Shown here piece after piece: positions 8,168-17,491 of a DNA stretch of 64,000 nt (positions within the stretch are counted from its first letter, which is position 1; each line of letters starts with the position of its first letter). The position numbers and the translations under genes are program-made. This DNA comes from Candidatus Eiseniibacteriota bacterium. GTDB lineage: Bacteria > Eisenbacteria > RBG-16-71-46. Where the stretch lies: positions 64,001-128,000 of the forward strand of contig JBGAML010000013.1 of the NCBI GenBank assembly GCA_044223005.1. Reading direction: 5' to 3'. The notes under the pieces were generated by a model, which ran no database searches, was not told the DNA's origin, and worked only from the letters and a program-made list of their open reading frames with translations.

Positions 8168-10261
8168 CTATGCGGCGGTCTGGAAGGAGCGACGGGTGGA
8201 CTGGGCGATGCGACCGCGCTGCGCGGCGTTGAGCGAGGCCTCGCGGCTGCGCTCGCGTTCCGCGAGCCCGAAGTAACCGAGCAGCGAGACGCCGTACACG
8301 AACGCGAGGCCGCACACGATGACGATCACGGGGATTTCCTGCCCCGGCAGCGTCAGGCGCGGCTCGAGTGCGAACGGGACGGCCGCCCCGGCCCAGCCGC
8401 GGGCGAGCAGCCACGTCGCGGCGAGCAGGACGATCGGCGTGAACACGCGCCGATGCGCGAGCAGGCCGTAGCCGGGGATCAGCGAAGCGAAGGCGGTGTT
8501 CACCAGGCCCTGCTGCTTGAGCTTCTGCTGGCGGCGGCGCTGCAGCAGCACGCGTGCGAACTCGGGCGTCTCGCCCTGCGCTTCGGCCGCGGCGCAGCCG
8601 GGGCAGAGGGCGTTCTCGCGGCGGCGCTGCGCGCAGCGGCGGCAGACCGTGTCGCCGCAGTTGCTGCAGACGCGCAGGTGGAGCCGGCGGTGCTGCACGA
8701 GGCCGAAGCCGATCCCGAGCGCGGCGACGAGCAGCGCCACGACGCTGAAGATCCAGCCCGACGTTTCCAGCTTGGAGCGCAGCGCGAGCGGCAGGCTGCC
8801 CGCGGCTTCGCGCGGCAGCGGCGCGGTGCGCAGCGCGTCCCAGAAGATCTTCGGCTCGAGCCACTGGTCGATCAGCGGCAGGAGCCCGTCGGCCGTCGCC
8901 GACGCCTGGTAGGTGCGGACGAGTTCGAAGTTGAGCGCCGACGCCTTGGAGAGGGCGTCCGTGGCGGCCTGGTAGTCGAACCGCTGGGTGTGGATCTGCG
9001 ACGCGTTGAACCACGCGGCGGCGTCGGCCGGGTTGGCCTGCTGCGCGCGCTGGTAGCACTGGAGCGCGTCGGCGCCCCGGCCCTGCATCGCGAGCACGTT
9101 GCCGAGGTTGTTCCATGCGCGATCGTTCTGCGGCCACGCCTCCAGGACGCGGCGGTAGGCCGCCTCGGCCTCCGCGAGGTGGTTGCCCCGGCGCGCGGTC
9201 CACGCGAGCCCGAACTCGAGCAGCGGGCTTCCCGGCTGGCGAGCGGCGAGGTTCGCGAGACGGGTCTCGCGCTCGGGCGCGTAGGGCGCGTTCTCCATCG
9301 CCGGCACCGCGTAGAAGGGCGCCGACTCCTCATGCAGCGGCAGCGCGAATCGCTCGGCGACCCCGATCGCGAACGGCATCGAGACGACGGCCGCGAGCAG
9401 GAGGATGAACAGCGTGCGCTCGCGCCCGTTCAGGTTCGGCCAGAGATAGGCGAGGAAGCCGACCGTGGGCAGCGTGACGCCGAAGCCGGCGACGTAGGGC
9501 AGGCCGAGCAGCGCGATCGCCCACCAGCGGGCCCCGCGACGAGTGCCGAAGCGCGCGAGGCTCTCGCGCCAGACGTGGGTGAGCTTGTAGCGCTTGAGCC
9601 ACACGAGCAGCAGCCCCGCGAGGAGCAGCCCCATGAACAGGCCCTCGGTCCCGATCAGGAACGCGTTGGCCGCGAGCTCGAGCTGGAGGCGGAAGTTCGC
9701 GCGCAACTGCTCGAGCACGATCGCGTAGTGCTGCAGCGCCTGCCCGGGTTCGCGCGTCAGCAGCCACGCCGCCATCGTGAGGTGCGGTTCCACGAACGCC
9801 GGATCGAGTTCGGCGGCGCCGCGAACGTCGACGAGCGCCTCCTCGTCCTGGCCAGCCTGCTTGGCGATCAGGCCGTGACGGTAGAAGAGGCGGGCCTCGA
9901 CGGGGAGCGAGGCGATGTGGCGCGCCGCGCGGTACGCCGTCCAGTCGTTCACGTGGCGCAGGTCGTGCGGCGGCTCGACCGGGGGCGCGACCTTGGCGGT
10001 GGAACCGGCGTGGGACCCGATGGCGGGCACCGGACGGCTCGGCGCGGCCAGCGGCGTCGCCTGGTTGGGCGTCGCCGCGAGGATGGTCGGGTCGGAAACC
10101 GCGCTGTCGGGGGACGCAAGGTTCGCCCGGGCCGCGCCCGGGAGGAGCGCGATGGCCGCGATGGCGAGGAACGCCCACGCGAGGACGCGTTCACGCGTCG
10201 AGACGTGGCCGTTCATGCGCGGTGCGGTGGGCATGGGTCGAGGATGGGACCGGTGGTGCAT
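8168..10261 (-). CDS. Multi-pass membrane TPR protein with a Cys-rich zinc-finger-like motif (start may be 10216)
   Basis: Signal peptide (VLAWAFLAIAAIALLPGAARA), TPRs (AWNNLGNVLAMQG), several TM blocks, CSNCGDTVCRRC-x8-LCPGC. Confidence 0.75.
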   Translation of the reverse strand: MHHRSHPRPMPTAPRMNGHVSTRERVLAWAFLAIAAIALLPGAARANLASPDSAVSDPTILAATPNQATPLAAPSRPVPAIGSHAGSTAKVAPPVEPPHDLRHVNDWTAYRAARHIASLPVEARLFYRHGLIAKQAGQDEEALVDVRGAAELDPAFVEPHLTMAAWLLTREPGQALQHYAIVLEQLRANFRLQLELAANAFLIGTEGLFMGLLLAGLLLVWLKRYKLTHVWRESLARFGTRRGARWWAIALLGLPYVAGFGVTLPTVGFLAYLWPNLNGRERTLFILLLAAVVSMPFAIGVAERFALPLHEESAPFYAVPAMENAPYAPERETRLANLAARQPGSPLLEFGLAWTARRGNHLAEAEAAYRRVLEAWPQNDRAWNNLGNVLAMQGRGADALQCYQRAQQANPADAAAWFNASQIHTQRFDYQAATDALSKASALNFELVRTYQASATADGLLPLIDQWLEPKIFWDALRTAPLPREAAGSLPLALRSKLETSGWIFSVVALLVAALGIGFGLVQHRRLHLRVCSNCGDTVCRRCAQRRRENALCPGCAAAEAQGETPEFARVLLQRRRQQKLKQQGLVNTAFASLIPGYGLLAHRRVFTPIVLLAATWLLARGWAGAAVPFALEPRLTLPGQEIPVIVIVCGLAFVYGVSLLGYFGLAERERSREASLNAAQRGRIAQSTRRSFQTAA

Positions 10262-10265
10262 TCCC

Positions 10266-10294
10266 TTGACACTCCGGGTGCTCGCTCCTAACTT
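10266..10294 (+). promoter_or_regulatory. Putative sigma70 promoter of asnS
   Basis: TTGACA-17nt-TAACTT. Confidence 0.6.
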
Positions 10295-10444
10295 GCGGCG
10301 CGATCATGAAATGATATCGGCGCCCTCGCGCCGGACCTTGAGAAACAACTCCGCCCCGGATTCCGGCCACTTCGGGGGTCTTTCGACCCCGGCGCGGAAG
10401 CGGGGCGTTCGCATGGGGCGGCGGTGCCCGCCCCGGGAGCTGCC

Positions 10445-11761
10445 ATGAGCGACGTCGTCTCCGTCAACGCCCCCTGGATCCGCATCCGCGACGCCGCGTC
10501 CCACGTCGGCGAGGCCGTCGAGATCCGCGGCTGGGTGACCCACCGCCGGTCCAGCGGCAAGATCCAGTTCATCGTCGTGCGCGACGGCAGCGGTGAGATG
10601 CAGTGCGTCGCCGGCGTCCGGGACCTGCCCGCCGAGCAGTGGGAGGCCAGCCAGGCGATCACGCAGGAAAGCGCCGTCGTCCTGCGCGGCACGCTCAAGG
10701 CGGACGCGCGCCAGGTCGGCGGGGTCGAACTGGGCATCCAGTCGCTCGCGGTCGTATCGGTGGCGGCCGAGTACCCGATCAGCCCCAAGGAGCACGGCGT
10801 CGACTTCCTCATGGACCACCGGCACCTGTGGCTGCGCTCGTCGCGCCAGCAGGCGGCCCTGCGGATCCGCGCCGAGATCGTGGCCGCGTTCCGCGAGTTC
10901 ATGAACGCGGAGGGCTTCATCCTCGTCGACGCGCCGATCTTCACGCCGAGCGCGTGCGAGGGCACGACGACGCTCTTCGAGACGCAGTATTTCGACGACA
11001 AGGCGTACTTGACGCAGAGCGGCCAGCTCTACATGGAGGCCGCCGCGATGGCGTTCGGCCGCGTGTATTGCTTCGGACCCGCGTTCCGCGCCGAGAAGAG
11101 CAAGACGCGCCGGCACCTGATCGAGTTCTGGATGATGGAGCCCGAGTGGGCGTTCGCGACGCTCGAGGACGTCATCGCGCTCGAGGAGCGGCTGCTGGTC
11201 GCGACCGTCCAGCGCGTGCTGGAGCGCCGCGGCGAGGACCTGAAGGTGCTCGAACGCGACACGACGAAGCTCGAGCGCGTGCAGGGCCCGTTCCCCCGCA
11301 TCCACTACGACGACGCCGTGAAGATGCTGCACGACGCCGGACTGCCGTTCGAGTACGGCAACGATTTCGGGGCGCCCGACGAGACCGAGCTCTCCGGCCG
11401 CTACGACACGCCCATCTTCGTCACGAACTACCCGGCGGCGGTGAAGGCGTTCTACATGGAACCGGATCCCGCGAACCCGCAGCTCAGCCTCTCGTGCGAC
11501 TGTCTCGCCCCGGAAGGCTATGGCGAGATCATCGGGGGAGGGCAGCGCATGTCCTCGCTCGACCTGCTGACGCGCCGCATCGACGAGCACGGGCTGCCGC
11601 AGGAGGCGTTCGAGTGGTACAAGGACCTGCGCCGCTACGGCTCGGTCCCGCACGCCGGCTTCGGGATCGGCGTCGAGCGCACCCTGGCCTGGATCGCCGG
11701 CCTGGACCACGTCCGCGAGAGCATCCCGTTCCCGCGGATGCTGTACCGACTGACGCCCTGA
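10445..11761 (+). CDS. asnS: Asparagine--tRNA ligase
   Basis: OB-fold N-terminus, [59 protein letters not shown]. Confidence 0.95.
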   Translation: MSDVVSVNAPWIRIRDAASHVGEAVEIRGWVTHRRSSGKIQFIVVRDGSGEMQCVAGVRDLPAEQWEASQAITQESAVVLRGTLKADARQVGGVELGIQSLAVVSVAAEYPISPKEHGVDFLMDHRHLWLRSSRQQAALRIRAEIVAAFREFMNAEGFILVDAPIFTPSACEGTTTLFETQYFDDKAYLTQSGQLYMEAAAMAFGRVYCFGPAFRAEKSKTRRHLIEFWMMEPEWAFATLEDVIALEERLLVATVQRVLERRGEDLKVLERDTTKLERVQGPFPRIHYDDAVKMLHDAGLPFEYGNDFGAPDETELSGRYDTPIFVTNYPAAVKAFYMEPDPANPQLSLSCDCLAPEGYGEIIGGGQRMSSLDLLTRRIDEHGLPQEAFEWYKDLRRYGSVPHAGFGIGVERTLAWIAGLDHVRESIPFPRMLYRLTP

Positions 11762-11811
11762 CGGCGCGGCCGGCCCCGGTCCCCGGCGGGAGCCGGGGCT
11801 GCGGCGCCGTC
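11760..11811 (+). terminator. Long GC-rich hairpin after asnS (no U-tract)
   Basis: GACGGCGC...GCGCCGTC outer arms; CCCCGG-TCCC/GGGA-G-CCGGGG inner arms. Confidence 0.45.
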
Positions 11812-11848
11812 GCGTCGCCCGTCGCGGTTCTGCCCGGGGCACGGATTC

Positions 11849-11968
11849 TTGACACCCCGGGGGGCGCTTCCTAGGCTGCGTCGCCCGCTCACCGCGGGCG
11901 CCCCGTCCCCCGGCGGCCGCTCGGCCGCAACCGCAGGATTGACATGGCTCGGAGCGGCTTCCTACACT
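11849..11968 (+). promoter_or_regulatory. Tandem sigma70-like promoters upstream of the PstS-like/Ton cluster
   Basis: TTGACA-17-TAGGCT (11849-11877) and TTGACA-18-TACACT (11939-11968). Confidence 0.6.
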
Positions 11969-12003
11969 TCTCGTACTTCGTAGGCTGGAGCGCCGGGAGG
12001 TTC

Positions 12004-12909
12004 ATGCGATCACCGGCCGTGCTCCTGTTGGCGTGCGCCCTGCTTTCCCTACCCGGGTGCACGGGGCGGTCCCCACGACAGGTGGAAGATTCCGAGACCA
12101 GTGGGCGTATCCGGATCGTGTGCGTGCCGGAGGCGCGGCTCCTCATGGAGCGCGAGTCGGCGGCCTTCCGGACGGCCTATCCGGAGGCGGCGTTCGAGCT
12201 CGCCGAGGGAACGTCGCGGGACGCGGTGACCCAGCTGCTCGAGCAGCGCGCCGACATGGCGGTGCTGACGCGAGAGCTGGAGCCGGAGGAGCGAAGCGTG
12301 ATGGTCAAGGGTGGGATGGAACTCGAGGGCTACCGGTTCGCCCGGGACGCGATCGTCGTGATCGTGAATCCCGTGAACCGGCTCGAGAACATCGCCGCCG
12401 ACGACCTGCGCCGCATCTACCGCGGAGAGGTGACGGACTGGAGCGAACTCGGCGGACGCCCGGGGGCGATCGAGCCCGTGGTGCCGGCGCCCGAGAGCGA
12501 CCGGATGGCCGCGTTCGTGCAACGGGTGATGGGTGGCGATCCGCCGACGGCGCCCGCCGCACGCGCGGACTCGGATTCCGGCGTCGTGGCGCGGGTGCTG
12601 CGGACGCCGGGCGCGATCGGGTTCGTGTCGATGCGCTGGGCCGACCGCGGTGCGAAGGCGCTGCGGGTCGCGACGCTGGCGGGGCTGCCGTACTGGAAGG
12701 CGGACCCCGAGAACGTGTACAAGGGGCAGTATCCTCTCGCGCGCTACTGCAACATGTACGTGCGCGCCGGAGGCTCCAAGCTGGCCAATGGGCTCGTGAC
12801 CTGGGTCTCGAGCCTCGACGGACAGAAGATCGTGCACGAGGCGGGCCTCGTGCCGGCGGCGGTGCCGGTTCGTTTCGCCCGACGTTCCCCGATGCTGGGC
12901 AGTCACTGA
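12004..12909 (+). CDS. PstS-like substrate-binding lipoprotein (PBP superfamily)
   Basis: GGGAGG SD, lipobox LPGC, ARDAIVVIVNPVN, LRRIYRGEVTDWSELGG, GQYPLAR. Confidence 0.85.
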   Translation: MRSPAVLLLACALLSLPGCTGRSPRQVEDSETSGRIRIVCVPEARLLMERESAAFRTAYPEAAFELAEGTSRDAVTQLLEQRADMAVLTRELEPEERSVMVKGGMELEGYRFARDAIVVIVNPVNRLENIAADDLRRIYRGEVTDWSELGGRPGAIEPVVPAPESDRMAAFVQRVMGGDPPTAPAARADSDSGVVARVLRTPGAIGFVSMRWADRGAKALRVATLAGLPYWKADPENVYKGQYPLARYCNMYVRAGGSKLANGLVTWVSSLDGQKIVHEAGLVPAAVPVRFARRSPMLGSH

Positions 12910-12931
12910 GAGGAGTGCAGAGCACGACGCC

Positions 12932-14713
12932 ATGAACGCCATTTCTCGCAGACGCGAATGGATCCGTCCCCTGGGTCGCCTCATGATCGCGCTGGTGCTG
13001 GCCGCGTCGTGTGCGGTGAGCGCGCACGCCGACGACCTCAAGGACGCGCGGGCCGCGCTCGCGGCCGGCGATCTCGACCAGGCGCAGAAGCTGTTCGAGC
13101 GCGTGGCCGCGCAGGGTTTCGCGGAAGGGCGCGCGGGGGTGGGGCAGGTGCTGCTGCGCCGCCACGACTACACCGGAGCGACCGAGGCCTTCGAGAAGGC
13201 GCAGAAGATGGACGGCAACCTCGCGATCGCGTGGTACGGCCTGGGCGAAGTGCATCGCCGCCAGGACGACTTCGCGGGCGCGCTGCCGTTCCTGCAGAAG
13301 GCGACCGACCTCGACCGCAAGTTCCCCGAGGCGCAGCTCGCGCTCGGCGACGTGCTCGTGCAGCTCAAGCGCTACGACGAGGCCATCGCCGCGCTCAACC
13401 CGGGGCTGAACTGGGGCGTCAAGTGGAAGCCGCGATTCCTCGTGGCCCTCGGCCAGGTGGAAATGGGCCGGGATTCGCTGCGCGACGCGGGCATCTACTT
13501 CACGCAGGCGCAGCAGGCGGCGCCCGACGACCCGCTGACGAACCGCGCGCTCGGTGACTTCTACCTCAAGCGCGGCATCGGCTCGCTGGCGATCCCGTCG
13601 TACCAGAAGGCCGTCGAACTGGACACGAGCGACGTCGAGCTGCGCTACGCGCTCGGCCAGGCGCTCTACTACGACCAGCAGTACAACGACGCCCTCGAGC
13701 GCTTCAAGGAGGTCGCCGAGCGCGACCCCATGTTCGCCCCGGGCCAGCTGGCGCTCGGCAACCTGTACTACCTCTCGGGCCCGCACGATGCCCGGCGCTA
13801 CGAGGACGCGAAGCCGTACCTCGAGAAGTACACGCAGCTGATGCCGAAGGACCCCAAGGGCTGGAGCCTGCTCGGTCGCGACCTGTACTTCCTCAAGCAG
13901 CGCGAGGACGCCGTCGCCGCCATGCAGAAGGCGGCCGACCTCGGCGAGAAGTCGAAGGAGATGTACACGATCCTGGGCCGCTGCAAGGTGGAGCAGAAGG
14001 ACTGGGACGGGGCGCTGGCCGCCTACGCCAAGGGCGAACCGAACTCCACCGACCAGCTCAAGATCGGCCAGATGTTCGTGTTCAAGGGCAGCCTGCCGCA
14101 GGCGGATTCGGTCTATCGCTCGATGGTGGACCGGGATTCGGCGTCGTGGGAAGGCAAGTTCGCCATGGTCGAGTTGGGCAAGCTCCGGTTCCGGGAGAAG
14201 GACTACCCGGCGACGGTCGCCACGATGCAGCGGCGAATCGCGCTTGACCCGAACTCGGACGAGGCTTACTACTACATGGGCTTGTCCTATAACGAGATGA
14301 AGCAGCTTCCGGACGCCGTGGGAGCGCTGCGGCAGGCGACGCTGCTGGCACCGACGAAGGCCGAACGCCACTTCCGGCTCGGCCTCGTGCTCGCGAGCAT
14401 GGATTCGCTCGCGGAATCCGACCAGGAATTCCAACAGACGGTTGCGCTGGACTCGACGAGTACCAGCGCGGCGCTCGCTTGGCGGCAGCTCGGCTACCGC
14501 GAACTGCTGAAGAAGAACTGGGGCCCCGCGACGGAGTTGCTCGAGAATTCCTGGCGGGTGAACCCGAAGGACTGCCAGACGGGTGTCTGGCTCGCGCAGG
14601 GTCACGCCAACGCCGGCAACCGGGCGAAGGCGGTGGAAATCTTCAAGAAGGTCCTCGAGTCGTGCCCCGGCAACGCGGATGCGACGAAGGGGCTGAAGCA
14701 ACTCGGGAATTGA
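12932..14713 (+). CDS. Exported all-TPR protein
   Basis: Signal peptide (LVLAASCAVSAHA) followed by many TPR repeats; GAGGAG SD. Confidence 0.9.
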   Translation: MNAISRRREWIRPLGRLMIALVLAASCAVSAHADDLKDARAALAAGDLDQAQKLFERVAAQGFAEGRAGVGQVLLRRHDYTGATEAFEKAQKMDGNLAIAWYGLGEVHRRQDDFAGALPFLQKATDLDRKFPEAQLALGDVLVQLKRYDEAIAALNPGLNWGVKWKPRFLVALGQVEMGRDSLRDAGIYFTQAQQAAPDDPLTNRALGDFYLKRGIGSLAIPSYQKAVELDTSDVELRYALGQALYYDQQYNDALERFKEVAERDPMFAPGQLALGNLYYLSGPHDARRYEDAKPYLEKYTQLMPKDPKGWSLLGRDLYFLKQREDAVAAMQKAADLGEKSKEMYTILGRCKVEQKDWDGALAAYAKGEPNSTDQLKIGQMFVFKGSLPQADSVYRSMVDRDSASWEGKFAMVELGKLRFREKDYPATVATMQRRIALDPNSDEAYYYMGLSYNEMKQLPDAVGALRQATLLAPTKAERHFRLGLVLASMDSLAESDQEFQQTVALDSTSTSAALAWRQLGYRELLKKNWGPATELLENSWRVNPKDCQTGVWLAQGHANAGNRAKAVEIFKKVLESCPGNADATKGLKQLGN

Positions 14714-14721
14714 CGGGCCCG

Positions 14722-14753
14722 TCGGGCCCGGCACCACGTGGTACCGGGCCCGA
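14722..14753. repeat. Near-perfect 32-bp palindrome between the TPR gene and the first STAS gene
   Basis: TCGGGCCCGG-C-ACCACGTGGT-A-CCGGGCCCGA (single mismatch). Confidence 0.8.
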
Positions 14754-14790
14754 TGACGGGCAGCCCCGGTGGCATGCACGGAGGGACGGG

Positions 14791-15147
14791 ATGGCAACGT
14801 TGAAGAGTCGGCAGGTCGGTACCATCACGATCCTCACTCCCCGGGGATACCTGACCGGCGGCGAGGAAACGGACGAACTCGAGAAGGCCATCAAGCAGCT
14901 CAGCGAGGACGGCAACAAGCACCTCGTGATCAACCTGAGCGAGGCGCAGCACCTGAACTCGACGGCGCTGGGCACGCTCATCCAGGCGCATTCCAACTAC
15001 GTGCGCCGGGGCGGCCAGATGAAGCTGGCGGCGGTGGACAAGCGCATCGAGAACATCTTCGTCATCACCAAGCTGTCGCTGGTGTTCGACGTGTATCCGA
15101 CGGAAGAACAGGCCATCGCGAGCTTCGCCGAGCGCGAGTCGGTCTGA
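14791..15147 (+). CDS. STAS-domain anti-sigma factor antagonist (SpoIIAA/RsbV-like) 1
   Basis: LVINLSEAQHLNSTALGTL with the conserved Ser; IFVITKLSLVFDVYPTEEQA; GGAGG SD. Confidence 0.9.
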   Translation: MATLKSRQVGTITILTPRGYLTGGEETDELEKAIKQLSEDGNKHLVINLSEAQHLNSTALGTLIQAHSNYVRRGGQMKLAAVDKRIENIFVITKLSLVFDVYPTEEQAIASFAERESV

Positions 15148-15180
15148 ACCACCCTTCGACCCCGAGAGAAAGGACTGGCG

Positions 15181-15531
15181 ATGGCCGTGAGCCGCAAGCA
15201 GGTCCGCAGCATCACCGTTCTTTCCCTGAAGGGGCGCTTCTTCGGTGACCGCGAGACGGACGAACTGGAGAAGGCGATCATGGACGAGGCGGCTTCGGGC
15301 AACACGCGCCTCGTCCTGAACATGAGCGAGTGCGAGGCCCTGAACTCGGTGGGACTCGGAACGCTCATGCGTGGCTACGCGAACTACAAGGGCCGTGGCG
15401 GAGAGATCAAGCTGTGCGGGCTGGGCAAGCGGCTCAAGGATCTCTTCACCATGACCAAGCTGATCTTCGTCTTCGACCACCACGATTCCGAGGAGCTCGC
15501 GCTCGCGGCATTCGCGGAGGTCGGATCCTGA
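15181..15531 (+). CDS. STAS-domain anti-sigma factor antagonist 2
   Basis: LVLNMSECEALNSVGLGTL; paralog of the upstream gene (shared ETDELEKAI); AAGGA SD. Confidence 0.9.
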   Translation: MAVSRKQVRSITVLSLKGRFFGDRETDELEKAIMDEAASGNTRLVLNMSECEALNSVGLGTLMRGYANYKGRGGEIKLCGLGKRLKDLFTMTKLIFVFDHHDSEELALAAFAEVGS

Positions 15532-15689
15532 ACCCCGCCTGACCGGGTCGGGGAGTCGTTGCAGCTGGAGCAGCTGGTCCGGAGCCTCATGCTTCCGCGA
15601 CCCGGGCGGCCGGGGAACACCCGACTGCTGACCGTTCGATTGCGATCCGCGCGTGCCGCGGGCCGCGCTGATGGAGGGAAGACACCGCA

Positions 15690-16430
15690 ATGAACCGATT
15701 CATCGTCCCGATCTTCTTCGCGCTCGCCGTCGCGGTTTCGATCACGGTGTGGTGGAACCTGCCCGCGCTGGGCCCGCTCGGCAAGCAGATGAAGGAAGGT
15801 GGACCGCTCGTGTCCATGCTGATCCTGCTGCTGATCCTGCAGGTCACCTTCGTGCTGGAGCGTATCTGGAGCCTCAACAAGGCGAAGGGCAAGGGCTCGC
15901 TGCCGGACTTCCTCAACAACGTGCGCAAGAAGATCCAGGCGAAGGACGTCGAAGGGGCCATCAAGCTCTGCGCGCAGCAGCGCGGCTCGGCGGCGAACGT
16001 CATGCGCGCCGGTCTCGAGCGTTACAACCTGATGCTCGCGGAAGGTGCCCCGAAGGACAAGATCGTCGCCGAGACGCAGGCGGCCATCCAGGAGGCCAAC
16101 GGCCTCGAAGTGCCGCTCCTCGAGCGCAACCTGATCGCGCTTTCGACGATCGCGTCGATCTCGACGATGGTCGGCCTTCTCGGAACGGTCGTCGGCATGA
16201 TCCGATCGTTCGCCGCCCTCGGCCACACGGGCGCCGTCGACGCGACCAAGCTCGCCGTCGGTATCTCCGAAGCGCTCATCAACACGGCCGGCGGCCTGAT
16301 CGTCGCCATCCTCGGCATCGTCATGTACAACGTGTTCGTGACGCGCGTGGACGGCTTCAACTACATGATGGACGAGGCGTCGTACGAGGCCGTGCAGCTC
16401 CTCGCCGCGAGCGCGTCCGACAAGAAGTAG
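15690..16430 (+). CDS. exbB: MotA/TolQ/ExbB proton-channel protein
   Basis: TMVGLLGTVVGMIRSFAAL, GISEALINTAGG. Confidence 0.9.
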   Translation: MNRFIVPIFFALAVAVSITVWWNLPALGPLGKQMKEGGPLVSMLILLLILQVTFVLERIWSLNKAKGKGSLPDFLNNVRKKIQAKDVEGAIKLCAQQRGSAANVMRAGLERYNLMLAEGAPKDKIVAETQAAIQEANGLEVPLLERNLIALSTIASISTMVGLLGTVVGMIRSFAALGHTGAVDATKLAVGISEALINTAGGLIVAILGIVMYNVFVTRVDGFNYMMDEASYEAVQLLAASASDKK

Positions 16431-16448
16431 ACAGGGGAGGACGAGCCC

Positions 16449-16955
16449 ATGCTCAAGAAGATGCGCCGCATCGGCATCGCCATCGACATGACGCCGATGG
16501 TCGATGTGGCGTTCCTCCTGCTGATCTTCTTCATGTGTACGACCCAGTTCAAGCCACCGGAGAAGGACAAGATCACCCTCCCGGACTCGAACTCCAACGC
16601 GAAGTCTCCCGAGTCGCAGATCATCACCGTGGCCGTCACCGCGCCCAAGCCGGAGAACAACAACGTCTCCGTCGTGCGCGTCACGTGGCGCCAGGGTGGC
16701 CAGGAAGTCGAGAAGATCCTCGGGCCCGACGAGGTGAAGGACCAGCTCGGCAACGTGCTGGGTACCGCCCGCGCCGCGAGCCCGACCTCTCGAATGCTCG
16801 TCAAGATGGACAAGGACGCGCAGTTCGGCGTCATGTCCGACATGATGGGCGCCTTCCAGTCGGCCAACGCGACCCGGTTCAACGTACAGACCAACCTGGC
16901 CATGGGTGGCGGCGCGTTCAAGCGCGGCGCGGCCCCGGGCGCAGCCGCGAAGTGA
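16449..16955 (+). CDS. exbD: ExbD/TolR family protein 1
   Basis: IDMTPMVDVAFLLLIFFM with the essential Asp. Confidence 0.9.
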   Translation: MLKKMRRIGIAIDMTPMVDVAFLLLIFFMCTTQFKPPEKDKITLPDSNSNAKSPESQIITVAVTAPKPENNNVSVVRVTWRQGGQEVEKILGPDEVKDQLGNVLGTARAASPTSRMLVKMDKDAQFGVMSDMMGAFQSANATRFNVQTNLAMGGGAFKRGAAPGAAAK

Positions 16956-16987
16956 GCCGCGCCAGCCAACGCCGGAGGTGATTTTCT

Positions 16988-17491
16988 ATGGGTGCAGTCG
17001 ACACCCCACAACCCAGAAGTGGTGGCGGTAAGAAGGGCAAGGGCTTCCATCGTCCCAAGCGTCGCGTCGGTGTGCGCATCGACATGACGCCGATGGTGGA
17101 CGTCGCCTTCCTGCTGCTGATCTTCTTCATGGTCACGACGGTGTTCCGCACACCGCAGGCCTTGGAGATCAACCTGCCGCCCGACAACCAGACGCCTGCC
17201 CCGATCGCCGAGTCGAAGATCCTCCAGCTTCGCGTGCTCGGCGAGGACAAGGTGTTCTGGAAGCGGGGACCGAAGGAAGATCCCTGGGTCCACACGAGCA
17301 TCACCGGCTTGAACGACGTGCTCAAGCCGCTCGCGAACAACGACAACATCGTGGTCCTCATCAACATCGACCGCGAGGCGAAGTTCAACAACATGGTCAG
17401 CATCATCGACCAGTTGGACCTGGCCCACCTGGGCCGGTTCTCGATCCTCGAACTGACGCCGAAGGACAAGGCTGAGGTGGAGAAACTGTGA
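16988..17491 (+). CDS. exbD: ExbD/TolR family protein 2
   Basis: IDMTPMVDVAFLLLIFFMVTT; GGAGGTG SD. Confidence 0.9.
   Translation: MGAVDTPQPRSGGGKKGKGFHRPKRRVGVRIDMTPMVDVAFLLLIFFMVTTVFRTPQALEINLPPDNQTPAPIAESKILQLRVLGEDKVFWKRGPKEDPWVHTSITGLNDVLKPLANNDNIVVLINIDREAKFNNMVSIIDQLDLAHLGRFSILELTPKDKAEVEKL

Noticed and set aside
12004..12909. Phosphate uptake (pst) operon
   Set aside because: No pstC/A/B or phoU nearby; ligand unknown
16477..17130. Near-identical DNA stretch in the two exbD genes (also between the two MacB permeases and within rpsA)
   Set aside because: Reflects conserved protein motifs in paralogs or domain repeats, not a CRISPR or mobile repeat
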